Origin: Nitrospirales bacterium
GTDB taxonomy: Bacteria; Nitrospirota; Nitrospiria; Nitrospirales; UBA8639
Length of the DNA stretch: 64,000 nt
Reading direction: 5' to 3'
Assembly (NCBI GenBank): GCA_963422365.1
Contig: OY729426.1
Coordinates: 1,760,001 to 1,824,000, forward strand
The notes under the pieces were generated by a model. The model ran no database searches, was not told the DNA's origin, and saw only the letters and a program-made list of their open reading frames with translations. Positions within the stretch are counted from its first letter, which is position 1. Each line of letters begins with the position of its first letter. The position numbers and the translations under genes were made by a program. Positions 40,803-51,285 of the stretch are shown here, in pieces.

Positions 40803-42104
40803 ATGAGCACGGCTGAAATCATTGCGGTCGGAACTGCTCTTTGGCGGACGGGTCGATACCAATTCCATTTTTCTGAGCGAGTTGCTGGCGGAGCAAGGGA
40901 TCGAAGTCCGGTTCACAAGTCCGTGGTAGGGGACGACATTGATGACATAGGTGTCGCCGTCACGAATGCAGCCAAACGAACGAAGCTCGTACTGATCACC
41001 GGCGGTCTCGGTCCGACTGTTGACGACGTCACCCGTGAAGCCGTGGCCAGAGTGACCGGAAATGCGTTGATGCCTCTGTCCCTAGGCCCTCGAATCCATC
41101 AAGATGCGCTTGCAATCAACAGGAAGGATCGTTTCTTGTGAAAACATCAGCGCCGGCAGGCGTTCCTGCCTAGGGGTTCTGTCCTCTGCCTCGAAATGCT
41201 GTTGGAATAGCGCCTGGCGTTGCCTTGAAGTGGAAGGCGCTGTCGAATCTGTTGCCTTCCCGGGTTCAGCCATGAAGTTCGTAGAATGGGGACGGAATCG
41301 CTCCTCCCGGTGCTTCGGCGAGAAGGACTTGTGTTGTCGGCCATTGAGACCAGGATGATTCATACCTTTGGGCTTCTCGATGCCGAGATCCATAATCGGA
41401 TAAGAGATCTCGTGCTTGCGTAAGCCCTTTTCATCTTGGCCTTCTGGCTTCTTCGCTCGGAGAGTCTCGGTGTCACTCAGACATGTCTGATCTGAGAAAA
41501 TTGAAAGAAAGAAGCCTAGAAAGGGGCATCACATTAAATCTAATTCATCACTTAATGTTTTAATGGATGACATTATCGGCGGAATAGGACAGCATGTCTT
41601 CTCCATCAATGGACAGACGATGGAAGAAGTGGTGGGGCAGCAGCTCCTGGCGCGAGGATTCACCATTGCCTTGGCTGAGAGCTGTACGGGCTGGCTTATT
41701 GCGCATCGCTTAACGAAAGTGGCTGGAAGTCCGGCATAGGTGAATCAGGGTGTGGTGTGTTACAGCAATCGTGCGAAAATCGAACTGCGCGGGGTTTCCG
41801 AATCGTCGCTGAGAAAATACGGGGCGGTGAGTGGCAGGTTGCCAAGGCCATGGCTCAGGGTATTCGAACGAGAAGTAAGGTGGATGTGGGTTTGAGCGTG
41901 ACGGGTATTGCCGGGCCACCAGGAGGCGGGACGGCACACAAGCCTGTCGGGCAGGTATATGTCGGGCTGGCCACATCGAAGAAATCCTGTACCAAAGAAT
42001 TCCAGTTTCATAGAGAGCGGGAAACGATTAAACTCCGGTCGTCACAAGGAGCGCTCGATGTTTTGCGGCGATGGTTGTGCAATGTTTCTCTTGACGAGGC
42101 CTAA
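40803..42104 (+). pseudogene. cinA: CinA competence/damage-inducible protein, multiply frameshifted
   Basis: AEIIAVG, ITGGLGPTVDDVTREA, LAESCTG, SVTGIAGP..G..KPVGQVY spread over several frames with stops. Confidence 0.9.
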
Positions 42105-42677
42105 TGGGATTACGAACCTTTTTGGCAATTGATCTGCCTGCCTCCTTGCAATCGGCCATAGAGCAGAACATACAAATTGTGAAAAGAAAATTTTCAGGAA
42201 TATCGTGGAGTAAAACTGAAAATTTACATGTTAACTTGAACATTTATTGGTGAGACGACTGAAAGTCAAGTTGACCAGATTCGTCAGGTGGCGGAGCAGG
42301 CGGTTTCTAACATTTCCCCCTTTGTTATTGAACTCAATGGGTTTGGGGTGTTTCCGGATAACCGGTTGCCCCGTGTGTTGTGGATTGGTATCGATGGGGC
42401 CCTCGATGACCTGGCCACGTTGGCCGAGTGTGTCGGTTGTGCAGTGGTCCCTTTGGGGTTTCCTCAAGAGGACAGACCGTTTCGGCCTCATCTGACCGTG
42501 GCTCGCGTCAAAAGGGACCATCGTGAAGTCGGGCGAGCGCTGGATACCTTAGGCGTGTTCACGGCTCCCTTTCTCTGTGGGCAATTACCCGTTGAACGGG
42601 TTACCCTGTTTAAAAGCGATCTGCGACCAAGTGGCGCGGTCTATACAAAATTATGGGACATCTCCTTGGATGCGTGA
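42104..42677 (+). pseudogene. thpR: RNA 2',3'-cyclic phosphodiesterase, frameshifted near 42235
   Basis: MGLRTFLAIDLP N-terminus is out of frame with PRVLWIG..FRPHLTVAR..SDLRPSGAVY. Confidence 0.85.
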
Positions 42678-42772
42678 AAGGGTTTGACTTTTCTTTGCGA
42701 AAGATGGTTGGCCTCATCTTGGGTTTTCAGTATGATAGAGACGTGATGGCGTTCTATTATTGAGGAGGCGTT

Positions 42773-43855
42773 ATGGGCGATCGAAATGCGGAAAATCAGG
42801 GGAAAATGAAAGCGTTGGGACTAGCCGTGACCCAAATTGAAAAGCAGTTTGGGAAAGGCTCGATCATGAAGCTGGGAAGTGGCGATGTGTCGGATGACGT
42901 TCAAGCCGTGTCCACAGGATCATTGTCCTTGGATTTAGCCTTGGGGGTCGGCGGGTTGCCGCGAGGGCGAGTGGTAGAAATTTTCGGTCCGGAATCCTCG
43001 GGGAAAACCACCTTGTGTCTTCATGTCATTGCGGAAACACAGAAAGTCGGCGGGTCTGCGGCGTTCATCGATGCGGAACATGCACTGGACGTTTCCTATT
43101 CGAAAAAGTTAGGGGTTCAAGTCGACGATCTGCTGGTGGCCCAACCGGACACCGGGGAACAAGCCTTAGAGATTACCGAGACGTTGGTCAGAAGTGGTGC
43201 GATTGATCTGGTGGTCGTGGACTCCGTCGCCGCCTTAGTGCCCCGTGCCGAAATCGAAGGTGAAATGGGTGATTCGCATATGGGGCTTCAAGCGCGCCTG
43301 ATGTCTCAAGCCCTCCGCAAATTGACGGGGGCCATTTCTAAATCCCTGACCACCGTGATCTTCATTAACCAGATTCGGATGAAAATCGGGGTGATGTTCG
43401 GCAATCCCGAGACCACGACCGGTGGAAATGCCTTAAAGTTTTATTCTTCGGTCCGTTTAGACATTCGGCGGATCGAGTCCATCAAAGAAGGACGAGAGGT
43501 GATGGGGAGTCGGGTCCGTGTCAAAGTGGTGAAAAACAAGACGGCGCCTCCTTTTAAGCAAGCCGAGTTTGACATCATGTTCGCCGAGGGTGTGTCCAAA
43601 GTCGGGGAGCTTGTCGACCTAGGGGTTGAAAAGAAAATCATTGATAAAGCCGGAGCGTGGTATTCGTTTCGTGAGGAGCGGTTAGGCCAGGGCCGTGAGG
43701 CGGTTAAAACTTTTCTAAGGGGTAACCCAGAGGCTGCCCGAGAAATTGAAACAAAGATTCGGGAGCAAGCCGGACTGGTTGCGATTTCGAAAGACACGGG
43801 TTCGGCTGAATCAGCAACAGAGAAGAAATCAGTTCCCACGCGGGGAAAAGCCTGA
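42773..43855 (+). CDS. recA: Recombinase A
   Basis: [34 protein letters not shown]. Confidence 0.99.
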   Translation: MGDRNAENQGKMKALGLAVTQIEKQFGKGSIMKLGSGDVSDDVQAVSTGSLSLDLALGVGGLPRGRVVEIFGPESSGKTTLCLHVIAETQKVGGSAAFIDAEHALDVSYSKKLGVQVDDLLVAQPDTGEQALEITETLVRSGAIDLVVVDSVAALVPRAEIEGEMGDSHMGLQARLMSQALRKLTGAISKSLTTVIFINQIRMKIGVMFGNPETTTGGNALKFYSSVRLDIRRIESIKEGREVMGSRVRVKVVKNKTAPPFKQAEFDIMFAEGVSKVGELVDLGVEKKIIDKAGAWYSFREERLGQGREAVKTFLRGNPEAAREIETKIREQAGLVAISKDTGSAESATEKKSVPTRGKA

Positions 43856-44016
43856 AAATCGTGAAGCGTCATGCCTACAGGTGAAACGTGTTTCGGCGTT
43901 CGTCTTGCGCCTCTCGTATTTCGTTCTTTCGCACGATATGGGCAACGAGATACGAACAATGCATGAGGCTTCGCATCTGCCATTCATGATCATACGCAAA
44001 GGACCCTGCCCTCTCT

Positions 44017-46671
44017 ATGTCCCTGAGTGCCAATGAGCTTCGCCAGTCGTTTCTAGATTTTTTTCGTGCCGCCGACCATGCCGTCGTGCCCAGCGCTTCA
44101 CTGCTTCCTCAGGCCGACCCCACGCTCCTGTTTACGAATGCGGGCATGAATCAATTCAAACGAGTATTTCTGGGAGAAGAGCAGCGTTCTTATTCCCGAG
44201 CGGTCTCCGTTCAACGATGCATGCGAGCCGGGGGCAAGCACAATGATTTGGAAAACGTCGGGTATACTCGTCGCCATCATACGTTTTTTGAAATGCTTGG
44301 CAATTTCTCGTTCGGCGACTATTTCAAAAAAGACGCCATCCATTATAGCTGGGACTATCTGACGAAGACGCTGGGTCTGCCTGCCGTCCAATTATGGGTG
44401 ACGGTCTTTCAGGACGATGATGAAGCTTTTGAATTGTGGGAAAAACAGGTGGGCGTGCCCGCGGCCAGAATCGTTCGGCTCGGGTCGAAGGATAATTTTT
44501 GGCAAATGGGAGAAACGGGGCCCTGTGGTCCCTGTTCCGAAATTCATATCGATCAAGGCGCGGCCCTAGGATGTGGACAAGCTTCGTGTGCGGTGGGGTG
44601 CGATTGTGACCGGTATTTGGAAATTTGGAATCTCGTGTTCATGCAGTTTGATCGTGATGCCGAAGGCAATCTTCATCCACTCCCGAAACCCAGTATTGAC
44701 ACTGGGATGGGCCTTGAGCGGCTTGTGGCCGTGGTCCAGGGCGTAGACAGCAATTATGCGTCCGATCTGTTCATGCCGTTGCTCTCGCCGATCGCCGATC
44801 GTACGGGATGTCAGTACGGCAAAGCCGAAGCCTTTGACCGTTCCTTGCGGGTCATTGCCGATCATTTGCGGGCGATCACGTTTATGATTGCGGATGGGAT
44901 TCTTCCGTCGAACGAAGGCCGAGGATACGTACTGCGACGTATTTTACGGAGGGCCTCACGGCACGGCAGGCTTTTGGGCGTCATCGAGCCGTTTCTGTAT
45001 GAGTTGACCGACATGGTGGTAACCCAGATGCAAGGGGTTTATCCCGAGCTGACCCAAGCGGGTGAGGTGTTTCGTAAGGTCGTCGAAGGGGAAGAAGAAC
45101 GCTTTATCGGGACGTTGGATCAAGGGTTGCCTATCTTGAATCGTATGGTCAGTGAAGCCAAGGCCGAGATTCGTGAGTCGTTGGATGGCGAGAGCGTTTT
45201 TAAACTGTACGATACGTATGGCTTTCCATTGGATTTGATCGAAGACGCCGCTCGTGAACAGGGGTTGGTTGCCGATCTCGAAGGCTTTCAACATGCATTG
45301 GAGGCACAGCGTGATCGGGCACGTCAGGCAGCCGTCTTCGTGATGGAAGAAAAGCAGCCCCTTATTGTGGAGCTTGCGCAACGGCTTCGTCCGACGGAGT
45401 TCAGGGGATATCAGGTGCTTCAATCCGAGAGCGTGGTTCAGGCCATGCTCAAAGGGGACGCCTTGGCGGAAGAAGTCGTGGAAGGGGATAACGTGGAACT
45501 GGTCTTGGATGCAACCCCCTTCTATCCCGAAGGTGGCGGCCAGGTGGGGGATCAGGGCGCGTTGATAGGCAGGGAAGGTCGGATTCGCATTCAGGAAACC
45601 ACCAAGGTAGGCGGCAAGCTCTTTCTTCACAAAGGAAGGGTGGTGACCGGGCGTATTCGCAATGGCGAACCCCTGGCTGCAATGGTTGACTCAGTCACCC
45701 GCTCTGGTGCGGTTCGGAATCATACTGCTACGCATCTCCTTCATGCGGCTCTGCGCGAAGTGTTAGGCCCCCATGTGAAACAGTACGGCTCGCTGGTCGC
45801 CCCGAACCGGTTGCGTTTTGATTTTTCCTACTTCAAGCCGCTGGGCAACCGAGACCTTGAAGACATAGAATCGCTGGTCAATTTTCAAGTTTTAGGGAAC
45901 ACGTTCGTCCGGACTGACGTCATGGGTGTCCAGGAGGCGATTCACACCGGGGCCCTGGCATTTTTCGGGGACAGGTATGGTGAACGGGTGCGCGTGGTGG
46001 GTATCGGTGAGTTCAGCAAGGAACTGTGTGGAGGAACGCATTGCCGGCATACGGGAGAGATTGGCTCGTTCCGCATTCTCTCCGAAGGCGGGGTCGCGGC
46101 AGGGGTGCGGCGAATCGAAGCGCTGACCGGAACCGGGGCGTTGGAGCACGGGAAAAAGGTGGAATCCGATGTCAGGGCATTGGCGGAGTTATTGAAAAGC
46201 ACTTCCTCGGAAGTCGTCCCCAAAGCCCGAAAACTCGTCTCCTTGTTAAAAGAAAAGGAGCGGGAAGTCGAACAGCTCAAACTGAAACTGCTGGATCAGA
46301 ACGCCGGTAAAGAGGATGCCCGGATTCGAGAGATTCAAGGCATTCACGTTCACGTTCAGGCGGCTCAGGGTTTGTCCATGCAGGAACTTCGGCTGCTTTC
46401 CGACAAAGTGCGGAACAGGGTCACCAAGGGCGTAATGGCGTTAGGCTCGGTGGCGGCTGGGAAGGCGTCGTTATTGGTGATCGTGTCTCCCGACTTGACC
46501 CACAGATTGCAGGCAGGAGAGTTGATCAAGGAAATGGCTCGTGAAATCGGGGGATCGGGTGGAGGACGACCCGAAATGGCTCAAGCCGGCGGGAAGCATC
46601 CTGAAAAATTGGGTCAGGCCCTTGAAAAAGTTTTTCACTTGGTCGAAGCGCAGGTGTCAGGCCAGTTGTGA
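44017..46671 (+). CDS. alaS: Alanyl-tRNA synthetase
   Basis: LLFTNAGMNQFK, HHTFFEMLGNFSFGDYFK, ELCGGTH, GGGRP. Confidence 0.99.
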   Translation: MSLSANELRQSFLDFFRAADHAVVPSASLLPQADPTLLFTNAGMNQFKRVFLGEEQRSYSRAVSVQRCMRAGGKHNDLENVGYTRRHHTFFEMLGNFSFGDYFKKDAIHYSWDYLTKTLGLPAVQLWVTVFQDDDEAFELWEKQVGVPAARIVRLGSKDNFWQMGETGPCGPCSEIHIDQGAALGCGQASCAVGCDCDRYLEIWNLVFMQFDRDAEGNLHPLPKPSIDTGMGLERLVAVVQGVDSNYASDLFMPLLSPIADRTGCQYGKAEAFDRSLRVIADHLRAITFMIADGILPSNEGRGYVLRRILRRASRHGRLLGVIEPFLYELTDMVVTQMQGVYPELTQAGEVFRKVVEGEEERFIGTLDQGLPILNRMVSEAKAEIRESLDGESVFKLYDTYGFPLDLIEDAAREQGLVADLEGFQHALEAQRDRARQAAVFVMEEKQPLIVELAQRLRPTEFRGYQVLQSESVVQAMLKGDALAEEVVEGDNVELVLDATPFYPEGGGQVGDQGALIGREGRIRIQETTKVGGKLFLHKGRVVTGRIRNGEPLAAMVDSVTRSGAVRNHTATHLLHAALREVLGPHVKQYGSLVAPNRLRFDFSYFKPLGNRDLEDIESLVNFQVLGNTFVRTDVMGVQEAIHTGALAFFGDRYGERVRVVGIGEFSKELCGGTHCRHTGEIGSFRILSEGGVAAGVRRIEALTGTGALEHGKKVESDVRALAELLKSTSSEVVPKARKLVSLLKEKEREVEQLKLKLLDQNAGKEDARIREIQGIHVHVQAAQGLSMQELRLLSDKVRNRVTKGVMALGSVAAGKASLLVIVSPDLTHRLQAGELIKEMAREIGGSGGGRPEMAQAGGKHPEKLGQALEKVFHLVEAQVSGQL

Positions 46672-46777
46672 GTTCGCACATCGTTTCTCCCGTATGCTTC
46701 ATGAACTGAAATAACCCCGATCCCTCCTATTGAACAGAGCTTGTGACGGTCGGCGTGATCTCCCCGTTGAGTCATCC

Positions 46778-47785
46778 ATGGTTAAAAAGGGCTTCATCAT
46801 CATCTCGGGCTTACTCCTCCTGGGGGTTGGTGCAGGCTTCGTGTTGTTGAGTCACCTGCAACCCGTTGGCAACCCCTCCCAAGTCACTGTTTTGGATATT
46901 TCCGAAGGGACGTCCTTTTCCGAAGTGGCACAGCAGCTTCGTCAGCATAATCTCGTGAAGAGCGATTGGGCGTTTGCGTGGATGGGCCGTCTCGTCGGAT
47001 CGGATCGAAAAATCATTCCTGGGGAATATGAATTTCATGGAGGCATGGAGCCCTCGGCTATTCTGAGAAAGCTCACCAAAGGTGAGGTGATCCAGTATGC
47101 GGTCACGATTCCCGAAGGCTTTTCAGTGAGGCAGATTGCCGATTTGTTGCAGGAGCAACGCTTGGCCGATCGTGATGTGTTTCTCCGATTCACCAAGGAT
47201 CCGGTCTTTATTCAAACGCTGTCGCTGTCCGTCGATGAACTGGAAGGCTATCTTTTCCCCGATACCTATCAGTTCGCCCGCCACATGGAACCGGAACGGT
47301 TGATTGCGACGATGGTGTCCCGGTTCAAGCAAGCCATGACAACGGAATACCAAGAGCGGGGTCTGGAATTGGGTCTGTCCATGCATCAAGTCGTGACCTT
47401 GGCGTCGGTGGTCGAAAAAGAAACGGCTCACCCCGATGAACGCACCTTGATTTCCGGAGTGTTTCATAATCGACTGCGAAGAAAAATCCCGCTGCAAAGT
47501 GATCCGACGGTCATTTATGCCTTGAATGAATTTAACGGCAATCTTCGCAAAAATGATTTGTTGATCAACAGTCCGTACAATACGTATCGTGTCCTCGGGT
47601 TGCCCCCTGGTCCGATTGCTAATCCGGGGAGCGCGGCTCTCCATGCGGCCCTCTATCCTGCGCCGACCGAGTATCTGTATTTTGTCTCTCGCAATGACGG
47701 GAGCCATGAGTTCTCAACGACGCTTGCCGAGCATAATCACGCCGTGAGGAAGTATCAGTTGCGTCGGCATCGTCGTTCCTCGTAA
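46778..47785 (+). CDS. mltG: Endolytic transglycosylase
   Basis: LEGYLFPDTY, LASVVEKE, LQSDPTV, SPYNTY..GLPPGPIANPG. Confidence 0.95.
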   Translation: MVKKGFIIISGLLLLGVGAGFVLLSHLQPVGNPSQVTVLDISEGTSFSEVAQQLRQHNLVKSDWAFAWMGRLVGSDRKIIPGEYEFHGGMEPSAILRKLTKGEVIQYAVTIPEGFSVRQIADLLQEQRLADRDVFLRFTKDPVFIQTLSLSVDELEGYLFPDTYQFARHMEPERLIATMVSRFKQAMTTEYQERGLELGLSMHQVVTLASVVEKETAHPDERTLISGVFHNRLRRKIPLQSDPTVIYALNEFNGNLRKNDLLINSPYNTYRVLGLPPGPIANPGSAALHAALYPAPTEYLYFVSRNDGSHEFSTTLAEHNHAVRKYQLRRHRRSS

Positions 47786-47798
47786 TCTCCCCCGTACC

Positions 47799-48269
47799 AT
47801 GTCTTTTGAGCAACGCGTAACAACCCTAGGCTTGACTCTGCCCACGCCTCCCACGCCCGTGGCCACGTATGTGTCCTCCGTTCAGGTCGGCGACCTGCTC
47901 TTTATCAGTGGCGTGGTTCCCAGTCGTGACGGGCAAATTATTTTTCAAGGAAAGGTGGGGCGCGATCTCTCCAAAGAAGAAGGCTATGAAGCAGCAAAGG
48001 TGTCGTTGCTCAATGCGCTGGCCAATATCCGTCAGGCTGCAGACTCTCTCGATCAGGTGAAACGAATCGTCAAAATGACAGGATACGTGGCCTCTCATGA
48101 AGGGTTTGGGGAGCAACCCTACGTGATCAACGGAGCATCGGATTTACTGGTGGCAATATTCGGCGAGGCAGGACGCCACGCACGAGTGGCCGTGGGCGTG
48201 GCGGAATTGCCTTTGGGCGTCCCCGTCGAGCTTGAGTTGATTGTCAGACTTTTGCCCAATGACTCGTAG
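47799..48269 (+). CDS. RidA/YjgF family protein
   Basis: INGASDLL..FGEAGRHARVAVGVAELP. Confidence 0.92.
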   Translation: MSFEQRVTTLGLTLPTPPTPVATYVSSVQVGDLLFISGVVPSRDGQIIFQGKVGRDLSKEEGYEAAKVSLLNALANIRQAADSLDQVKRIVKMTGYVASHEGFGEQPYVINGASDLLVAIFGEAGRHARVAVGVAELPLGVPVELELIVRLLPNDS

Positions 48270-48664
48270 GCTGCTGCTTGAGAGAAGAATGACAACGAAC
48301 ATGCGATGGGTTCTCCCGATCTTCATGATTTTCATGGTCTGTGTGATCGTATCGAACCCTGCCTTGGCGAAGGTGAATTATTGACCGACACGACGGTGTT
48401 TCCCGCCATTCGAATGGCCAACACGATTTATGTGGAGGTGCAGACTTCTACCTGGAAGACGCGCGGAAGACTGTTGTGGGATGCGGAAGCGATTGAAGTC
48501 AGAAACGCTGCGTCCGCAACGATTTCCCGGTTGACCGCCGCCTTGCTGTAACCAGTGCCGCCGGTTGACTGTAAAAAAATGACCTGTTATAGATTCATTT
48601 TTGCTTATGAAGCATCGTGTTTTTTGAGGAAAAGCGTGAGGAGAGGAAAAGGAGGCGTGACGTG

Positions 48665-49609
48665 ATGCGAAAATTCTTGCTCGTATCGTTAATGACGGCT
48701 TTGGTGGTCTTTTCCGGCCAGGCATGGGCCAAGGACGGATGGTACATGGGCATGGATTTGGGTGTGGCGATCGCTCCGGGCCTTGATGTATCGGCCAGGG
48801 ACAATGATTATGGTACCGTATGCGACAAGATCATCAATCCTGATGGTTATCAGGTGGGGAATGCTCCCCATCAAGATGCTTGCGACCCGTCTTCAGAGAG
48901 AGGGGATAAATGGACCGATGATTTTGACGGGGGTGTCGGGGTCCTGGCAGGGTTGGCCCTGGGATATCGCCTGGGAGACTTCAGGATCGAAGGGGAATAT
49001 CTGTATCGCGCCACCACCCATGATGACGAGTCCGAAACGGACCTATCCGGGGTCGATTTCACTAAAAAGAAGGAAGAGGAAGAAATGGAGGAGGTCATTA
49101 GCGTAGTCGATGATGTGTTGTCGCATAATTTTTTCGCCAACCTGTACTACGACTACAACACAGGTTCGAAATTTACACCGTACGTGGGGGTTGGCGTAGG
49201 GGTTGCTCGGGTGTCGCTGGATTACCTTAATCGATTTAAGCGGAATGATGACCCAGACGTCATTAAGACGTTTAAAAATCCAGACGGTAGTTCATGTGAT
49301 ACTCAAGATTGCCTGGCCCTGAACAGCAGGCTCGCCGGTACGACGAGCATCGCCAGGGCCAAGCTCTCGGATACGCTGTTTGGGTATCAGGTGCTTGCCG
49401 GCGTGGATTATCGGGTCAGTGAGCCGGTCACCGTCGGGCTCAAGTTCCGGTGGGCGGATTTCGGTGAATTCGAGAGTGATCCAAGAGAAGGGGATCAACT
49501 CCGCAGTCACGACGCCACCAATAACCGTGGCGATCGGGTGCGGTACAATGTGACGACGGAGGATATTCAATTCTGGGGCGTCAGCCTCAACATGAAGTAT
49601 CAGTTCTGA
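48665..49609 (+). CDS. Outer-membrane beta-barrel protein (opacity/Msp-like), paralog 2
   Basis: Signal peptide AWA, FRIEGEY, FTPYVGVGVG, C-terminal MKYQF; GGAGG RBS. Confidence 0.85.
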   Translation: MRKFLLVSLMTALVVFSGQAWAKDGWYMGMDLGVAIAPGLDVSARDNDYGTVCDKIINPDGYQVGNAPHQDACDPSSERGDKWTDDFDGGVGVLAGLALGYRLGDFRIEGEYLYRATTHDDESETDLSGVDFTKKKEEEEMEEVISVVDDVLSHNFFANLYYDYNTGSKFTPYVGVGVGVARVSLDYLNRFKRNDDPDVIKTFKNPDGSSCDTQDCLALNSRLAGTTSIARAKLSDTLFGYQVLAGVDYRVSEPVTVGLKFRWADFGEFESDPREGDQLRSHDATNNRGDRVRYNVTTEDIQFWGVSLNMKYQF

Positions 49610-49647
49610 TTGGTAACCATGGAAAGGGTAGAAAGGGCATTCCCGAT

Positions 49648-51285
49648 ATGAGATACGTGTCTCTTGCTTTGCTGTTCGTTTTTGGAGTGGCTTCGTTCGC
49701 TCAGGCTGAATTGTTTCCGGACGCAGGGCCTCCGGGAGCCACGGTGACGATTGGAGGTGCCGAATTCGGAGAATTCGTTTCGACGGCGGAGAATCGGGTG
49801 GAATTCAACAGAGTGCCAGCGTTGATTCAATTATGGGAGCCAGACCTGGTGATGGTCAAAGTACCGCTGGAAGCGAAGAGTGGCGATGTCACGGTGTCAG
49901 GCCTTCAAGGGACAACGGTCGCAGGCCGGTTTTCCATTCAACAGGTGAAGATTACCAAGCTGGTTCCGCCGGAGGCGGAGCCTGGATCAGTGCTCACGAT
50001 CGAGGGCGAGAATTTTGGCAATACGGCAGGGTCTCGTGATCCCAATACCATGTTCGGGGTGAACCGTGTGGTGATCAACGGCATTCTGGCGGAAGTCCGA
50101 AAGTGGCGACCTTCGAAAATCGCGGTCAAAATTCCGGCCAATGCCAAGTCCGGTGACGTGGTTGTGCAACTCGCCTCCTCCGACCCGCTGCCGGATGGAT
50201 CTTGCTGTGCACCAGTCGAATATTTTGAAAGCAATCCCATGCCGGTTTCCCTTATTCCCACGATCTCCTTTTCTCCGGCAAAGGGTCCCATCGGAACCAA
50301 GATCGTGCTGAGCGGGCAACAATTTGGCGATACCCAAGGGCCTCATGATGCGATTTATATCGGAGATACATTGGTGACGATCTCAAAATGGTCTCCACGC
50401 ACCATTGTGGCCCACGTGCCGTTACATGCCGCAAGCGGTCCTGTCACGTTTCAACAGCATGATCGCACGAGAAAGTTGGGGCATTTTGAGGTGGTTGAAC
50501 CCCGATTCGAACGATGGTTTCCCGCTCAGGGGCCCATCGGAACCTTAGTCTACATTAAAGGGAAAAATTTCGGCGTGTTCTCCGAATCGGGGAGTACGGC
50601 TTATGCCTTTGATTTCAATCCAGGCCAAAACCTGGTGGAAATCGGCGGAGTGCCCGCGATTATTCACCGATGGCAGGACGATGAAATCAATGTGTGGGTG
50701 CCCTATAGTGCTCAGTCCGGCCCCATTGTGGTGAAGCGGGGGGCCACGATTCCTAAGCCTGATGGGACCTGTTGTCAGGAACAGGACGTGATGGCCTTCG
50801 AGGTCGGCTCGTTTACCGTGACGACACCGAAGGTGACATCCTATTCGCCGACTGAAGCCGGGATAGATGAAATCGTGACCTTGCAAGGTGAAGGGTTCGG
50901 CGAATTTCTGAAAATCGCGGAGGCCACGCGTTTGGAATTGAATACCGAAGCGCATGATTGGAAAAACTATCGCTTGGGGCCAGACGTCTCACGAACGGAA
51001 GTGTTGGTGAATGGGGTCGCGGCCGTTGTGGTCTCCTGGACGGATAAGGAAATCAAAGTTCAAGTACCCCGGCGTCATGTATTTGGGTTCGGGCATCCCG
51101 AAGGGTTCTACGTAGATCCCACCAAAGGAGAAATCGTCGTGCGTCGTGGGTCGTGGGATTTGCTCAAAAATGGTCGGTGTTGTTCCCGGAAGCAGTGGCT
51201 GAGTGCCGTGGCAGGCGAATTCAAGATTCTCTCACGAGGATTGCCGCACAAAGAATTTTTCCATGATTACACGCAAGACAACTAA
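49648..51285 (+). CDS. Secreted IPT/TIG repeat protein
   Basis: Signal peptide; repeated P..G..G..V.I.G..FG...W....I.V.VP..A.SG units. Confidence 0.8.
   Translation: MRYVSLALLFVFGVASFAQAELFPDAGPPGATVTIGGAEFGEFVSTAENRVEFNRVPALIQLWEPDLVMVKVPLEAKSGDVTVSGLQGTTVAGRFSIQQVKITKLVPPEAEPGSVLTIEGENFGNTAGSRDPNTMFGVNRVVINGILAEVRKWRPSKIAVKIPANAKSGDVVVQLASSDPLPDGSCCAPVEYFESNPMPVSLIPTISFSPAKGPIGTKIVLSGQQFGDTQGPHDAIYIGDTLVTISKWSPRTIVAHVPLHAASGPVTFQQHDRTRKLGHFEVVEPRFERWFPAQGPIGTLVYIKGKNFGVFSESGSTAYAFDFNPGQNLVEIGGVPAIIHRWQDDEINVWVPYSAQSGPIVVKRGATIPKPDGTCCQEQDVMAFEVGSFTVTTPKVTSYSPTEAGIDEIVTLQGEGFGEFLKIAEATRLELNTEAHDWKNYRLGPDVSRTEVLVNGVAAVVVSWTDKEIKVQVPRRHVFGFGHPEGFYVDPTKGEIVVRRGSWDLLKNGRCCSRKQWLSAVAGEFKILSRGLPHKEFFHDYTQDN

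Noticed and set aside
48306..48551. Possible oxidoreductase C-terminal remnant
   Set aside because: Only a vague resemblance (GRLLWDAEAIEVRN); not supportable.
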